DNA of 62,608 nucleotides, counting the filler, from Folioceros fuciformis (taxonomy: Eukaryota), in the NCBI GenBank assembly GCA_049999805.1. It is 11 parts of 11 records of this genome, joined end to end, with 100 filler letters (N's around TTAATTAATTAA, not from the genome) between each part and the next. Parts side by side here need not be neighbours in the genome. Positions count along the whole stretch, not along the records: positions 1 to 7,338 come from JBNGIO010001518.1; positions 7,439 to 12,713 come from JBNGIO010001519.1; positions 12,814 to 20,832 come from JBNGIO010001520.1; 8 more parts are not named here. One strand, given 5' to 3'. The stretch's first letter is position 1. Each line of letters begins with the position of its first letter. This document shows positions 1 to 13,967 of this stretch, in pieces. A model generated the notes under the pieces. That model was not told the origin of the DNA. It saw only the letters and a program-made list of their open reading frames with translations, and ran no database searches. Position numbers and translations under genes: made by a program.

Positions 1-17
1 TTATTTTCTAAAGAACT

Positions 18-138
18 TAATGAATGATATGACTATGTATACACATTAACTCAATTCACCTAGAAAAGTTATTTCAATTTAATGAATGATATGACTTTGT
101 ACATTAACTCAATTCACTTAGTAAGATTGTTTCAATTT
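18..138. repeat. Imperfect tandem duplication of about 60 bp in AT-rich DNA
   Basis: ttaatgaatgatatgact..cattaactcaattcac..tttcaattt occurs twice. Confidence 0.8.
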
Positions 139-1436
139 ACTACTGAATTTAAATGAAGTATGAAATAGTAATTTTCAGTGTTTGCAATATGTCTTAAGCT
201 CTAAAGTTTATACCCTTCTTCTTTCCTACCTACATTACTAAAGAGAACAATTTACTATTAGCTCTTTTACTCCCTAAACATCCAATTTAAAGCATCAGCT
301 ACCACATCTGCCACACCATTAAGTACTTGATCACTCCACCTGCAGGCATATAGCAGTACATATAAATTAAGATTCATAATCATTTAATTACTAGTAATAC
401 ACGTTAATCAAATCTAAAAATTATATTAGAATTAACCTTTGTTATTACACAAATTAGACTTCAGTACTAACCCTCCCCCACTCGTTCCATTCATTAAGAC
501 ACAAATCAGAACACCTACATCACTAGCTTGATATTAACCATACGTTCAAAGCAATAGAGTAGACAGGTCTACTCCCACGCGACACGATACCATAACAAGT
601 TAGTATCCAAACACAAAGCCACTCCTCAAGCAAAAGTATCGAGCTCCATAAAAGAAAGAAAACAGACACAAGACATGCAGTAGTTAGTTTGGCCATGTCA
701 CGAGTTATTCCCATTATCCCCCTGACGGCATGCACAACAAGGATGGAACAAAAGACTAGAATTGCCAAAAATTTTCATCGGAAGTGTATTGAACCGGGCG
801 GCAAATGAGGCCAATTTCAGTAGTGCCTTATGTACGGCAGGTTCTGGAGGGTGGAAGACAAGAAAATCATCGACCGGTCATGCACTTTTCAGCTTCCAGT
901 AGAGCTCAGAAATGAAAAACCAAGATGACTGTCAATAAAACAGGTCGAAGTGTCTGGGATGCAGAATTGGAGCACTAGAAGGATCTCAATATTGCAACCG
1001 TAACATATTTCCTTCCAGAACCTTGGCATGAGCAGCACAACTGCGACCACTCGCACGACAACAAAACAGTGGTTCAAGATATGGGCAACGGACGATGTGG
1101 TTAGGCGACAACACAAATACCACCAAAAGGAAAATTGTAAACGAAATAAAAGAAGGCTAGATTCTGCTGCTGAAGAATGAATGCATGCTCCATAGCACAA
1201 GTTGTTCAACCCAGAAGCTATAGAACGCTTTAAGGAATGACGTCAGACGAATTTCCACTACAGCAAGAGAACATTTCTCGAACCCTCACAAGCTCAGCAG
1301 GCACGAACATTACAACTAATGAAATGTCACCCACAAAGCAGAACAGATAGCTGTGAGCAAGTCCGCTGTACATGAATGAGCATATCAAAGAAAACTTATC
1401 TATGCTGCAACTTTCAGCTGTTGTTCAATGAAAATG

Positions 1437-4400
1437 CTATGGACTCATCAAAGGAGCACTTGCATGCAGAAGATCAAGAGAATGTGGGGCTAACGTTGGG
1501 TCAAGGTTGTGGAGCTGTTCCATCAATTGAGACCGTCGCTCCTTGAAAAAATCCAGACGTGACGTTAGTTCGACCAGAGCGGCAGATGCCACTGGTTGCC
1601 GCTGGATGGCTCTTGGCTGCGACCCCTGAAATAACGATAAAATCAACATCAGACAAAACTCTCGACATCCCAGGACTACACTGGTCAGAGGCAGAGAAAC
1701 AGAAGTTTGCTGATCACCTCCAGATCATATGACGATTTCCTTCCTGCAGGTACGTCTTCACCTGAGCTACCATTTCCCAGATCTGATGGTGATCCATTGA
1801 GTTTACCATCGCCCGGGTCCAGCCCATCTCCCCTGTGTCTCCAAGCAAACTGCCTTCCAGCTGCAGACGGCCCTGGGGGGGGTCTCAAGGTTCTCCAGTC
1901 TCCAGAGCCAGCATCTTGCTGCTGGCTTGAGCGGCGTCGATACTCTTGACCTCGCATTTTCTCTGCTTTCAAAGCTTCCTACATGTGAAACCAAATCCAT
2001 CATTTTCAAGGTCCAGAATCTTCATTTGGAGATTTTCACAATCAAATTTCACCAATCCATTTCCATATAAACTGAATCCTGTTAGGACCTTTGCCTCAGA
2101 GATAGCCTGACGTTGTTGTGCCAGCATTTGCTCCAGAGCAGCAGTTTCGTCTTGTCCAACAAGGCTTTCAAGGTGCTGATCACCAAAAACGGCGTAAGCA
2201 AAGAAATAAGGAAAATGACAAGACAACTAGAAGAATTCTCTACACGACAACCATCATTTTTAGGCTGTGTCTACACCCTGAAGAATTCAGTACACTGTGA
2301 CCTAGCGTTCTAGTGGGGCAAGGAGGCCAGAAGCTTTATGTGAAGAAAGTACCTCATCGTTCTTCTGCTTTTCTTGGTGACACAGGGCAAGCGTCAGGTC
2401 AAGCTCTTGCTGTAGAACTTTCCTGTTAAAAACACATCAAACGTCACAAGCTTGATGAAGGTCATCACGAGCTTGATGAAGTACAATCAACAACACACTA
2501 AACTTACTGTTGAGCTTGAAGAGATTTCACTCGATGTGTCCTTTCAGACGAGTTTTCACCATGATGCCTTTGCTGGTTCAATTGTGAATGTAAATCAGCA
2601 ACCTTTTGTTTGAGCCTGGCGACTTCTGCCTCCACACCAGCTATCTCCTCGAGATCTGCTCGTGTCTACACCCAGTTCAACCAAATCCACGTCAGATAGC
2701 AACCAACAGATTCTCATGGTCCGGAAAGAAACCAAATTTAAGCAAACTCTGACTTTGGGTTCCAAGTTCTGAGGAGATGCCAGCTGTGAGGTCGTCAGAC
2801 CGATCTCTAACGCAGCTCTCAAGTCTCGCTCGGCTTGAAGCTGCTCTTGCAATCGTGCCACCTGCAAAAAGAAGTGGCCTGCATGATGAGCTAACAGCCC
2901 AAACCCACACAAGCTGTGGAAGCTGGTCAAGGTGATTCGAGTCATACATCTTGTTCAAGAGCTATACGCCTATCATGAAGTGCTTGTTTCCTCCTTTCCA
3001 AACTTGCTTGCAATATAGAATTTCCTTTCACCTGAAATTGATGCAGGTCACAAAATCTTCATTCCCTTTTCAAAATATTGCACAACAAGCACGGTCAGAA
3101 GCGCATTGACTTACTTCCTTCGCAATTTTCTGATGTAAATCACTGCAGGTTACTTCCAGCCTGTGTATAGCAAGCCTGCAAGAAGGCTCAACCACATGTT
3201 CACATTACCCATGTTCTACACCTTCTAACTGCTAAGCATGCAACATGTAGTCAACATAATGAAGAGAACTTACTCTTCTTCACCAGAAGAGTCATTTGGA
3301 TCTAAAGGTGCACTCTTGCTCCCACTCTGTAGACGAATGTTGCTTAGGTACTCACAGTATATCCAGTGGCTCAACACAAAGCGTAGGCTGACGGCTGAAG
3401 CCGTGCTTGACCTCTTGCTTTGGTTCACGTACAACAAATTCAATACAAAAAGTGCAAGTGTCCACATACGTACCGCAGACAGCCCCCATAAAGAGGTACG
3501 ATGGCCACTAGAAGTAGAGTTCTGGGGTTTCAAATGTATGAAATGATGCCCAGGTCCTGGACCAGAGGTGCTAGTCATTCTTGGACTGGATCCAGCAGAA
3601 TTGGTATCGGCCCAGGAGGTCCTACTATGTAGGTAAGATCCATTTTCCAAAAGTGCAACTGGACTAGTTCGATCATCAGGCCCTTGACGCTTGGGCCTGG
3701 ACCAACCAGCATGCGAGCCTTTTGTTTTGACTGGTATGGAAGTATTTGGAGACTCTAGCTCTGAATCCCCCGCTTCAGACATCTGCTGCAAATTCAAGAG
3801 AGAAGATAGTTAACCAGCAAGAACCCTTGTACACGCTGATGAAATGGCACAAACCACTATTTTACCAGTCTAGCGAAACTCGTCTGTCTACAGAAATACA
3901 GACAGAGGTGATGGGCTTGATTTCACCGACCTTGTAGTCATAGACATAGCTTCCCGCATTTCCACTGCTCTCACTGAGGGTGCCACTCAGTCTCCTGTCA
4001 CGGTCATCCTCAAGTTCGCCTTCTAGATCAATTTGTGCATCATGATATCCCTCATGGACATGTACCAATTCTCCCTCAGAATCTTCGCTTCTGGCCTCAT
4101 CTTGAGGTGCATACAGCATCGGTGATGGAGGTGTTTGTAATGGTTCATAGTCCTGCAACACAGACAAGTAGAGAATCAACATCAGAATTGACAACGAGGA
4201 GAGAAACTTAACTGTGACACAAGCTGCAGCACAAGAACACCTTCTATGCCATCAAATATGCTAGGCATATGCAATTTATTGCACTGCCAATATCTGACAG
4301 GCAACCCAAATAGACCAAGAAAATAGCCATTAGTAGGGTATAACCGGAATAAGTGGAAACCTCAAAAATTTCTTGATAGTCTTCAAGAAGAGTCGTGACA

Positions 4401-6886
4401 ATGGCCTGGGCATTGTTCGCAGCTGCAGTTGCAGCAAGAAGCTGTGCAGCATTGTCACCACTAATGTCTGAGTCATCATCCAAACCACATTCCCCTGCTA
4501 ACAGGGGACGCAATAGCAGGGGAGCCATGCAGGCTGCAACTGCCGAAGCTGACATCCTGTTCTCTGGAGTATGAGCTGCTATTGCACGCATCATTCTCAA
4601 AATCCTGCATGTAAAACAATGTCACGACTGCACGTAGTAAAGGGTCGTAGCAATCTAGGTCACACTTCAAAAACTTAGGCTACCAATTACCTCTGGAGCA
4701 ATCGGCGATTTGGTTCAGGAAAAGTATCCGCCACAGCTAACCGCATAGAAGTCACTCGAGCGTCTCTGCTTTCCAGACCTGATGTCCCGAAAGCCAGAGC
4801 ATGCATTACAGGGGCGTGAAACATGATAATAAACTTATGGGACAATATTGGGATGTCACGAAGGAGACTTACGGTGTGCTTCAAGAAGTGCAGTGCAGCA
4901 AGGCGTGGGCACAGGGGAGGAGGGCAGCTCTCTTAGGACATGCTATACCAGAGGCAAAAGAACCAAATAAGTACCATTCAGCAATTATTCGCAAGGCCAT
5001 CAGGCCCTGTAATACATCAGGCCCTGTAACCTTTCAACCGCATCAGCCAAGAGCACACCTTGATACAGTCTGCAACCACATGGGCATCTTCATCTGGAGC
5101 AAACTGATTACGACCTGGAGGCACGCAGTCAAGCTGTAGATCAACCAGTGGCATGCGCTGCAATGAACACTGCCAAGACCTCACAAAGTGACAGCTGTAT
5201 GGCAAGACCTCCTCCCAGCGACACAGTATTAGGCCTGAAGATGCATGTTACATGACAGTTCCCACAAGAACCCACATTACCTTGTTCATAATCCCGCACA
5301 CGTCGTTCAACTTCATCTACATCAGCTGACTGCCTTAAAATGCCTTCTACTTTTAAACCTGCGACAAAATATTCCGTAAGCATATCAAGGATTTCATAGT
5401 GAGGGTTACAAGTTGTGCAAAATCCCAGAGCCTCATCAGATGTGCTGTGTTGACTTACCATAGCGCTCAATAAAACAGAGTGCCTTCTCAAGGAAGGAGG
5501 GGCTCCCGTCAATGTCTTCCAGCGCAAGTAAGATTGGTCGTCCAATGACCAGCGACTTCACGGGCCTTCTGTCCCTCCCTATTGAGACCCAACCAAAAAA
5601 GTCATAAGATTGTGATTTCTGTTCCATAAATGTTACACCCAAACTGACATGTTGCACAAACATAACATCTCTGGAACTGTGAGACCCTCACCTAGGTCCA
5701 ATGAGCTCTCCATGGCATCTATTGAGTCATTCCGGAAAATTCCATTGTTGCCCATGACTAGAGCTGCGTCTGGAGCGGCAGCTAGAGCCCGCTCAAGAGC
5801 AATTCTCCAATCATCTACATCTTCTGATGTTTCTGCCTGTATTTGCAACCACACTCAACTCACAGGGAGAGGGAAGGCAATAGAATAGAGCTCAACTGCA
5901 GTATACTCCAACCACCTTCAGAGTGAAAGCTCGCCCATCAGGGAACAACACTGTAAGAAGTTTCTTCTCAGCCCGAACAAGAACGCTGTTTGAATTACAC
6001 ATTTCAAACTGTCAGCATCTACTTGGGCATCAGTTATGCTGCAACGGTTTCAGCAACCATTAAAGAGCACACCTGCCAGAGTTGTTGAGATCAATGCCAC
6101 CCAGAGTAAGATTTACTTCATTGGATTTTGCAGGCACCACATTCTGCACCATCGGGTCCGATACAAGAGAAATGAACAACCAAAGGGCCTTAGTGTGGTG
6201 AGAAAATAAGACCCTCGAACTCAAGAGCCCACGGAAACAGGAGAGCGCAGAATGGAGCCGTTACCGGATCATTTTTGAAGAACACTAGAGAGCTTCTAGT
6301 AAGAATAAACCAGCGACGCTTCCACGACTTCCATCCAAGCCCTGGAGTAATCGGCAGAGAGAGTTGCCATAGTGGCAAGACATACGATTAGTCTCCTGGT
6401 CCTGCCACGCAAGCTAGCACCAGTCCTAGAGATGGGGGGGGGGATACATATGCGTGTACCTTTGGAGGATATGTAAAGTGGACCACTCTTGAAGACCTGC
6501 AACGAGGGAAGGCAGATGAGTTACATGACTGTCCACTCAAAGCTCCCCAACTTCAATGACATTCAAGCAGACACGGAAGTTCTCTTGCCGACAGAGACTC
6601 GATCGATAGTTTTCACACCCCAGCCCCCATAGACAGACAAGGCCGGAAGGAGATGTGCAGAGCAGAAGTCCAAGTACAGATGAAACTGGAGTCCTGAGTC
6701 GCTAAGCGGAAATGGAAGAAGAGAAGGAGAGTATGGCGAAGGGTATGAAGGCGCATCCGGCAGCCGAGAACACATGATGCAAAGGGGATAGCAGCAACGT
6801 GAGCGAACCAGATTCGTCCCCCGCCCTCGCGGACGCTCATACGAGGATGAACCACCGGACATACTGTTCCTGCGCTCCTTATCCAT
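1437..6886 (-). CDS. REN: PH-domain Rho GTPase-activating protein (REN/PHGAP family), about 23 exons
   Basis: Spliced ORF pieces: PH domain (VFKSGPLYISSKG / LGWKSWKRRWFILTRSSLVFFKNDP / AETSEDVDDWRIALERAL), RhoGAP domain (LALEDIDGSPSFLEKAL, VEGILRQSADVDEV, ENRMSASAVAACMAPLLLRPLL), coiled-coil (LQASLERRKQALHDRRIALEQD-VARLQEQLQAERDLRAALEIG) and C-terminal LTSRLDFFKERRSQLMEQLHNLD. ATG 6886, TAG 1437-1439. Exon structure around 2090-2420 is uncertain. Confidence 0.92.
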
Positions 6887-7338
6887 AGGGGAATCACCAG
6901 TCAGCGGGGTGCGCCCTCATCCTCATGTACCGCAGGTCCAGAGCTGAAAAATCTTCCGCCTCCACCACGCACCAAGCTCAGCAATTGGAGGACGCTACAT
7001 AGGCATCGCGCGCGAGCAGAACGCAAGTACACCCGAGAAGGGACAGCCAGAAATTTGTGGCACCGGAACCTGCACGGCACCATGAGCCGAACCTCAAGAT
7101 TCCCCCCGGGTGCTCACATTACCCACCCTGCGCTGCCTTAGGTCTGCCCACGAAGATTTGTGACATCCCGCCCGCAGGTACCAGCTCCGAGACAGCGTCA
7201 GATCATCATTCTTGGCCCTCAGTGCAGGCGGCCCGGGCCTCCCCACGTACCCGGGCGGTCAGAGTGGCAGATCCCACCGTATCAGGTCCCGGCTGTCCCA
7301 AAACCTACACCTCAAGGCTGCATCTCCCGCGTCCATGT

Positions 7339-7438
7339 NNNNNNNNNNNNNNNNNNNNNNNNNNNNNNNNNNNNNNNNNNNNTTAATTAATTAANNNNNN
7401 NNNNNNNNNNNNNNNNNNNNNNNNNNNNNNNNNNNNNN
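7339..7438. other. Artificial contig spacer (first of ten)
   Basis: N44-TTAATTAATTAA-N44; others at 12714, 20833, 24763, 37925, 45299, 47040, 53669, 57785 and 60318, each 100 bp. Confidence 0.99.
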
Positions 7439-7876
7439 TCTACTTTTATAAGGTAAATTCAGTATATATGTTTATTTACTTTTATGCGGAAGTCGGATGA
7501 TCAATGCTACGTATTGCAAATATGAAAAGAGATCACGTATGACAAAATGGGAAAGGGAATTGGGAACCAAAGTGCTTTCAGGAGAAGAAAATCATGCAGG
7601 TGCTAAACCCCGGCCCTAGCCCCTTCTTCGCTCATTGTCACCTGGTGCTGCGCGTCGACGCCTGGGAATCAAGGCGAGTCCGTGTTGTCCAGCCAGCGTT
7701 GATCTTCTCAGTTGGCTTGCAAAGGGTATGGCTGTGCAGTGCGGGATGTGCGCTCGGATGTTCTGGCACTCAGGGGCGGAGAGATGCATGATGGATAGGG
7801 TTTGGCGGTAGCGGAACCCCGGCGTGTCGCACTCTGGTTGATCGGGTTAGCAGACTTGCACGCGTAAGGCGCAGCC

Positions 7877-10800
7877 ATGGCAGACAGTAGCGGTGGTTCC
7901 AATACCGCTGACTCCTATATCGGCAGCCTTATCAGCCTCACTTCTAAGAGCGAGATCCGGTATGAAGGCGTTCTCTATACGGTGGACACTGAAAATTCCA
8001 ACATTGCTTTGTCGAATGGTGAGATTCTCCTGGACTTTCCTGCTGCTTGGTGCAATTCCTTGCAGCCTGATGTAGTTTTGTACCCCCGGCTTCAGAATTG
8101 GGGAATGCCCGTCGCGCCTTCCCTGTTTTGAGAGTTTCTGCACTGTTCTGGACTCGAGCAAATGCACACCGTGCAGGTCGGGTGTGTAGGTACTGTGCAT
8201 AGCTCGAATGGTCCGGGATGCTCGCACCTGAAGGAGTCTAGATCGGGGTTCTGTTTGGCTTTGGCCCGGCTTTATGGATATTGTGCCCTACCTTGCCGTC
8301 GCGTGGTCGTGAATATCATTCCTCCGATCCGAACCTGTAGCAACGGAACTAGTGGAGCAGTATTTAGCCCGTCATAAGCTTAGAACCTCTTGAGTGCTAT
8401 GTCTGGCAGGTCATGATGCCCAATGTCTGGAGATCCTGTCATCGTAGTCCGTGGAAAGGTCTTTAGTTGTCAATTGAACTTTCATGTTTGAGTGTGTGGT
8501 GTACTGGAGGGTTTGGATTCCTTGTCTCTTTGTCTGTTACCACTGGTGAACATGGGATGGCACCACGTTTTATCCTTGTCGGTTCTCATGTTTGCAGTCA
8601 GATCCTTTGGAACGGAAGGGAGAAAGAAGGACGGCCCCCAAATCCTCCCAAGTGAGAAGGTTTACGACTTCATTATTTTTCGGGGCTCTGACATTAAGGT
8701 AGGAATTCAAGCGCTCACGGAAGTTCAAAGTGGTTCCGATCTGGGGAATCGTTCAGCTGAGAGGTGGCACCAAAGATGGTTAAAATGAGGCCTCCTGTGC
8801 GCAGGATTTGCAAGTGAAGTCCTCCCCTGGTGCTGTGCCAGCTTCACATCCAAGTGATCCAGCAATAATCCACCTTCAGGTACACTTTAGCAGCAAACCC
8901 GTACTGTAGGGGGTCGCTGCCCGGTCTCTAGTTTGTGGGATAGCATGCCGCTGCAATTCGATGATTCGTTTCTCTTTTGCTTGATCTAACTTGTCAAGGA
9001 GGAACTAGGCTATAGGGAGTGGACGTGGTCATCTCCTGTGTTTCTGCCAGAGACGACAAATTTACGACGTGTATTGTGTCTTCTGAACAGTCACAATATC
9101 CTCAACCAGCATCCTTGGCCCCAGCATATGTGCCTCCTTCTCAAGTTGGTCCTCCTACAGATACAAGCCTACCAGCAGCATACGGTGGCATCAGGTCACC
9201 TGCTCTTAGAGGCAGTGTTCCGCCCATGTACCAGTCAGCCGCTGGTATGGGGTCGTGGGGTGTTCCCCCAATGCCTGGTGTCAATGGAACAGGGATTGCA
9301 ATGCCTATGTATTGGCAGGGCTATTACAGGCCCCCAAGTGGACAGGCACAGTTACAACCACAGCCTCTACCTGTGCCTAACCTTACACCGCAACATGTTT
9401 TGCAAGCGCCTGGACGGTCTTATCTTTCGCCGCCGGCATCAGTGTCTGGAGTTCCAACTGGTGTAGCCTCCAGCCAGGCAGATATGGCCTTTGCAAATGC
9501 CCCCCCACCACCTATGGCTGCCATGCAATCTTATTTCCCTGCAGCAATTTCTGAGCCCTTGTCGCAAGCACTATTCCCCACCTCCATCGCAGCTTCTATG
9601 TTGGTTGCTGCACCATTGCCGTCTACCCCAGTTGTTCCTCCAGCAACACCCCCTGCAGCCTCAGCTGTGACTTCTTCTATTATTTCTGCAAGTACAGCAG
9701 TCAGTGGGGCAAGTACAGTTGTGGAAAATGTGGCATCTTCAGCGTATGGAGTTAGTGCCGTGATAACCCCAGCAGCCAAGAATCCTCGAAGGAGCAATGC
9801 CCCTGGTCAATCTGCTATCACTCCACTTCAGGATGGTGGTGTGGTCGGTGGGGCCAGCAGCGGTGGTGGCGTTGGTGTTGGTAGTACTCTACCTGTCCCT
9901 TTGGGTTTGTCGGCCTCTGCACACGGAGCCGCAACAAAAGCTGTGTGGTCCAATGCCAGTGGGCACAAGCCAATTGGAGCTCCTCAGCCTCAGAAAGGTG
10001 CTGGGAGCCTTGAATCTTCCATCTTGGAACAGAGTTTGCAACAGTCAGGACAACAAATCTCTGCTGTAGCATCAGAGGAACTGCAGCAGCAGATATCTCA
10101 ACCATTGCTACCTTTGCCTGTGACTTCAGTGAAGCCGAAGATTGTGCCACAGGTAACTTATGTAGCATCCCGATGTGCAAGTAATAAGATTGGCAGTTTT
10201 TTGGGCCTCACTTGGTTGAAAAGGCGATGGTAAAATGAACTCCAAAGCTTTGGTTGGCCTGAACCAGATGTCGTTTTGTTTGGACTGTTGCTGAAGATTT
10301 TTGTGTCTAACCAGTGGCATGGAGGCCAACGCAGTGCAGTTACCCGCCAGAGCGACCGTTGGCAGGTAGATGGGATGTCCAAAGTGCAAAAGGTGTATTC
10401 AGCGCAGATGCTGCGGCTGGGTCGACTTTTGTGGGGATGTGATGTTGTCTTATGGACGTGGGTTTGTTTTTACTGTTGTGTATTTCGAAGATCCATTGTT
10501 GCCTGAGGGTCTTGAGTAATTAATCTCACGAATGGTAATGTTGTTCTAGGTTTCAAAAGCTTTACGGTTGCATGATTGTTGCCTTTTGTGTTTCAGGGTA
10601 ATGGGTCGCCTGGGCATAGCAACAATTATGGTCGAAGGCCAAGAGGAAGAGCTGGAAGTGGAAGAGGCGTAGGGGTAAAAGGCCACGTTGCTTTCGCTTC
10701 ATTGCATTTATACACTTCTTCAATGCTTTCAGTGTTGGTGTAGGCTTGTGATCTCGCACGATATGAAGTCTACTGTGGGTGTTTGTCGTTCTCTAACGCT

Positions 10801-11494
10801 GCCCTTCTTATTTTGTGCAGGTTTCCCACCCGACCAAACAGTTTACGGAAGATTTTGACTTCACAGCCATGAACGAAAGGTTCAAGAAAGATGAAGTTTG
10901 GGGTGAGCTTGGTGGCAAAGGAGATGGCAGCGAAAAAGTACAGCTCCCCATAAGTGTGGATGGTGTGGACGGTAATCCTGATGACGAGGAACTGGATGGG
11001 TTGGCGCTTTCAAGCAAGTCAGTACCTGATGCGCCCAAGAAGGTATTAATGGAGAAGAACTTTGTGGAATGTTGGTTGAATGCTACCACTGTTCGACTTA
11101 CGCCCGGTCATCCTTTGTTGGTAATTGCAGACTATGTTGTACGTGAAGGAAGAATTCTTCGACTCCCTCTCATGCGATGCACTGGATCGCGAAGGAGGCC
11201 GTGCAGAACGCACGAAGTACTCTGAGCAACGCAAGATCGATACAGAGGTTGGTCGTAGGAATGAATGTGAGAGTCGAGCTACTTGTGTGATTCGTCGCAT
11301 TTCTCACACGAATGTCTCTGTTCCAGACGTTTGGTACGTCACTGAGAGGCCGTGGTGGGCGTGGAGGCCGAGGTGGCATGAGGGGAGGTTACAGGGGTGG
11401 TGGTGGTTTCTATAATCAGCAATATTCCGGCGGAGGCAGGGGCAATGGATATGGAAGGGCGCGCAATGCTCCCAGGACTACCTCACCGAAGTAG
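7877..11494 (+). CDS. DCP5: Decapping 5 (LSM14/Scd6 family), about 9 exons
   Basis: LSM14 domain [56 protein letters not shown] (exons 7877-8018, 8598-8698, 8805-8879 keep frame), Pro/Ser-rich exon 9091-10152, FDF ([21 protein letters not shown]), FFD ([13 protein letters not shown]), TFG box and RGG tail; TAG ends at 11494. Confidence 0.95.
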
Positions 11495-13178
11495 GTGGGC
11501 GTGGCTACTGCCTGTTTGTGGCCTCCTTATACCCGGCAATACGGCGCGGGGCATAGCGATGGAGTACGATCTTTGTGGCTGTACCTGGTTACCTGCTTCG
11601 GGACGTGGCCGGAGTTGTTGATACGGTGCTGCTCCTGGACTGGTGACACGTCTCCTCCAGTGGGTAGTGGGGTTAGTGCAGGCGAGTGGCTGGCGGGCAG
11701 GTGGGCGTGGTCGGGGTACCTGGAGGGTGTAGGGTTGGGTGGCTGTTGAACAGGAGTGTTGGTGGGGCCTGTTGTCCGTAGTCGTATTTTTCTTGGAGTG
11801 ATGCTAGTGGCCTTCCCACGGACACAAGAGCGAAAAAGCCTGTTGGTTCTTCCATGTATTGTCAGCTGGATCCACGGTGGGCCATCTAGGACATGGCAGC
11901 ATACTGCATGTAGTTGTCCGGGATTTGGGTCCCCAAGTTTGGCCAGATGGACCTGTTGATAACATTACACAGTGGCAATGAGCGGAAGGCGGATCTGCTT
12001 CCCTGCGGCCTGCCCTTTGGGCTGTACTGCAGTGTGTATGTTGTACCTGGCTCACGAAATTCCGGGGCGAGCCTGGCACACTGCCAGTGGTCGACAATCA
12101 CGGACAGGGCTTCCATAATGGAGTCACGAGGACTGCAGAGGGCCTAGGCGACAGGCGCATTTAAGCGCATTAATGCAACAAATAAAAAAGCGCATTGATG
12201 GCAAGCAGGACAGTCCCAAATCCGGGGGACCCGCTGATCCCGGCGCCGGCTGCCGGCTATACAAATCGGCGCTGCCTGCTTTGCGAGGACGCGAGGCCCC
12301 CGGCCCCGGTTCGGCCCGACTCCCGAGTCCCGCGTTAGGGGCAGCCGCAACCGCAACCGCAACCGCAGGCAGCTGGACTCGGCTAGTCATCCCGATCGGT
12401 CGACCCAGACTGGAAACTGCATTTGCAAAGAAAATGGAAATTTTGGCTTCCGTCTACGGCCGGTGGGCTAAGAGGCGAGAGGAGCAGCTGCAGTCTCTTT
12501 GCCTGGCAGATGTGCCGGCATGGCCTTTGTCCTTTGTCGTGTTCCTGTCCTGTCGCCGCGCCTCCCGCTCCTGCAATGTGCCGGGGCCGCATTCCCGGAG
12601 GCTCTGGACCAGTCTAGTGAGCGGAAGCGGAAGACTGATCCCATGTTGCTCGAAAAAAGCAACGCTGGATGGAGTCATACACGGTATGACGCCGGCTCCG
12701 TCTGCTGCTCCTGNNNNNNNNNNNNNNNNNNNNNNNNNNNNNNNNNNNNNNNNNNNNTTAATTAATTAANNNNNNNNNNNNNNNNNNNNNNNNNNNNNNN
12801 NNNNNNNNNNNNNGACCAATCCTGTCAGGACAATGCGCGCAAAAAACAAAACTAGGCCACTTGGCTGGCTCTTGGTGGCCAGCTCTGAATGACCATGAGA
12901 CATCCAGGTGTACTTCTCTTATTCCTCGCTTGAGAAGGTTCTTGACTGCGAGCAAGTGTCGAGAAGTCTGGCCTGCTTCGTTCCTTGGCGCTCAAGTTTT
13001 CGTTGTGCTGAAAACCCGAGTGGGAAGGTGTTCGGGTCGAGGTACTTGTGATTCCGCATTCTGCGACTGCTTTGTTTGGAGAACGGGGAAGTGTGAACTC
13101 CGCGTTGTCCATTGCGAGAGCCGGGCAGGGCCCAGGGTATTCTGAGAGGGGGTTAATTGGAGAGCAGAGCTTGCGAAG

Positions 13179-13736
13179 ATGGGAGGGGCAGAAGAGCCTA
13201 AGGTTGTGACAGGCCTAGAGTTAGAGAAGTATCAGGGCCGGTGGTACGAGATAGCATGCATGCCCTCCAGGTTCCAGCCTCAGGACGGGACCAACACTAG
13301 GGCAACCTACACTCTTAAGGAGGACGGGACTGTGGGGGTGTTGAACGAGACATTCACAGGCGGGAAGCGGGCCAGCATCCAGGGGAAGGCGTGGAAGGCG
13401 GATCCTAAGAGCGACGAGGCCAAGTTCAAGGTGCGCTTCTGGGTGCCGCCTTTCCTGCCTGTCATTCCAGTCACGGGGAACTACTGGGTGTTGGCTCTGG
13501 ATGAGGAGTATCAGTGGGCTCTGGTGGGGGAGAACACCAGGAAGTACTTGTGGATTTTGAGCAGAACTCCACAGTTGAGTGAGGAAACCTACCAGCGGCT
13601 GCTCCAGCTTGCGGAAGGCCAGGGCTTTGATGTGAGCAAGTTGCATAAAACTCCTCAGCCTGAAGGTGGAGACCAGGAGAACCAAGAGCATGACACGCAC
13701 GGTGCCTGGTGGTTCAAGTCGCTTGTTGGGAAGTAA
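13179..13736 (+). CDS. TIL: Temperature-induced lipocalin, intronless, 185 aa
   Basis: SCR1 (KYQGRWYEIA), Pro-rich loop FWVPPFLPVIPVTGNYWVL, SCR3 (YLWILSRTPQL), C-terminal GAWWFKSLVGK typical of plant TILs. Confidence 0.95.
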   Translation: MGGAEEPKVVTGLELEKYQGRWYEIACMPSRFQPQDGTNTRATYTLKEDGTVGVLNETFTGGKRASIQGKAWKADPKSDEAKFKVRFWVPPFLPVIPVTGNYWVLALDEEYQWALVGENTRKYLWILSRTPQLSEETYQRLLQLAEGQGFDVSKLHKTPQPEGGDQENQEHDTHGAWWFKSLVGK

Positions 13737-13967
13737 GTGATCGCGGCTTCCATGTACTTCTCGGCTTGCCGTCTCGGGAAGCAATAGTTTGTAGTCCGCT
13801 ACTACTGACGGGTCGTCCCTTGCCCTCCATCTGTGCGCATATTATGGAAGTACAGATTAGATGATGAGTCATTAGCACCAGGCTCATCCATGTATCCATG
13901 CGTACATATATTTTTGCGCTTCTCGTCTCCGTAAGACATTCATCCCGCTTTCAGGCCGGAGGAGGTG

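Noticed and set aside
523-768. Hydrophobic small ORF containing MAKLTTACLVSVFFLLW
   Set aside because: Signal-peptide-like only; no recognisable domain or splice support.
12173-12713. GC-rich ORFs before the second spacer
   Set aside because: No domain similarity; resembles promoter or UTR sequence with (CGCAAC)n repeats.
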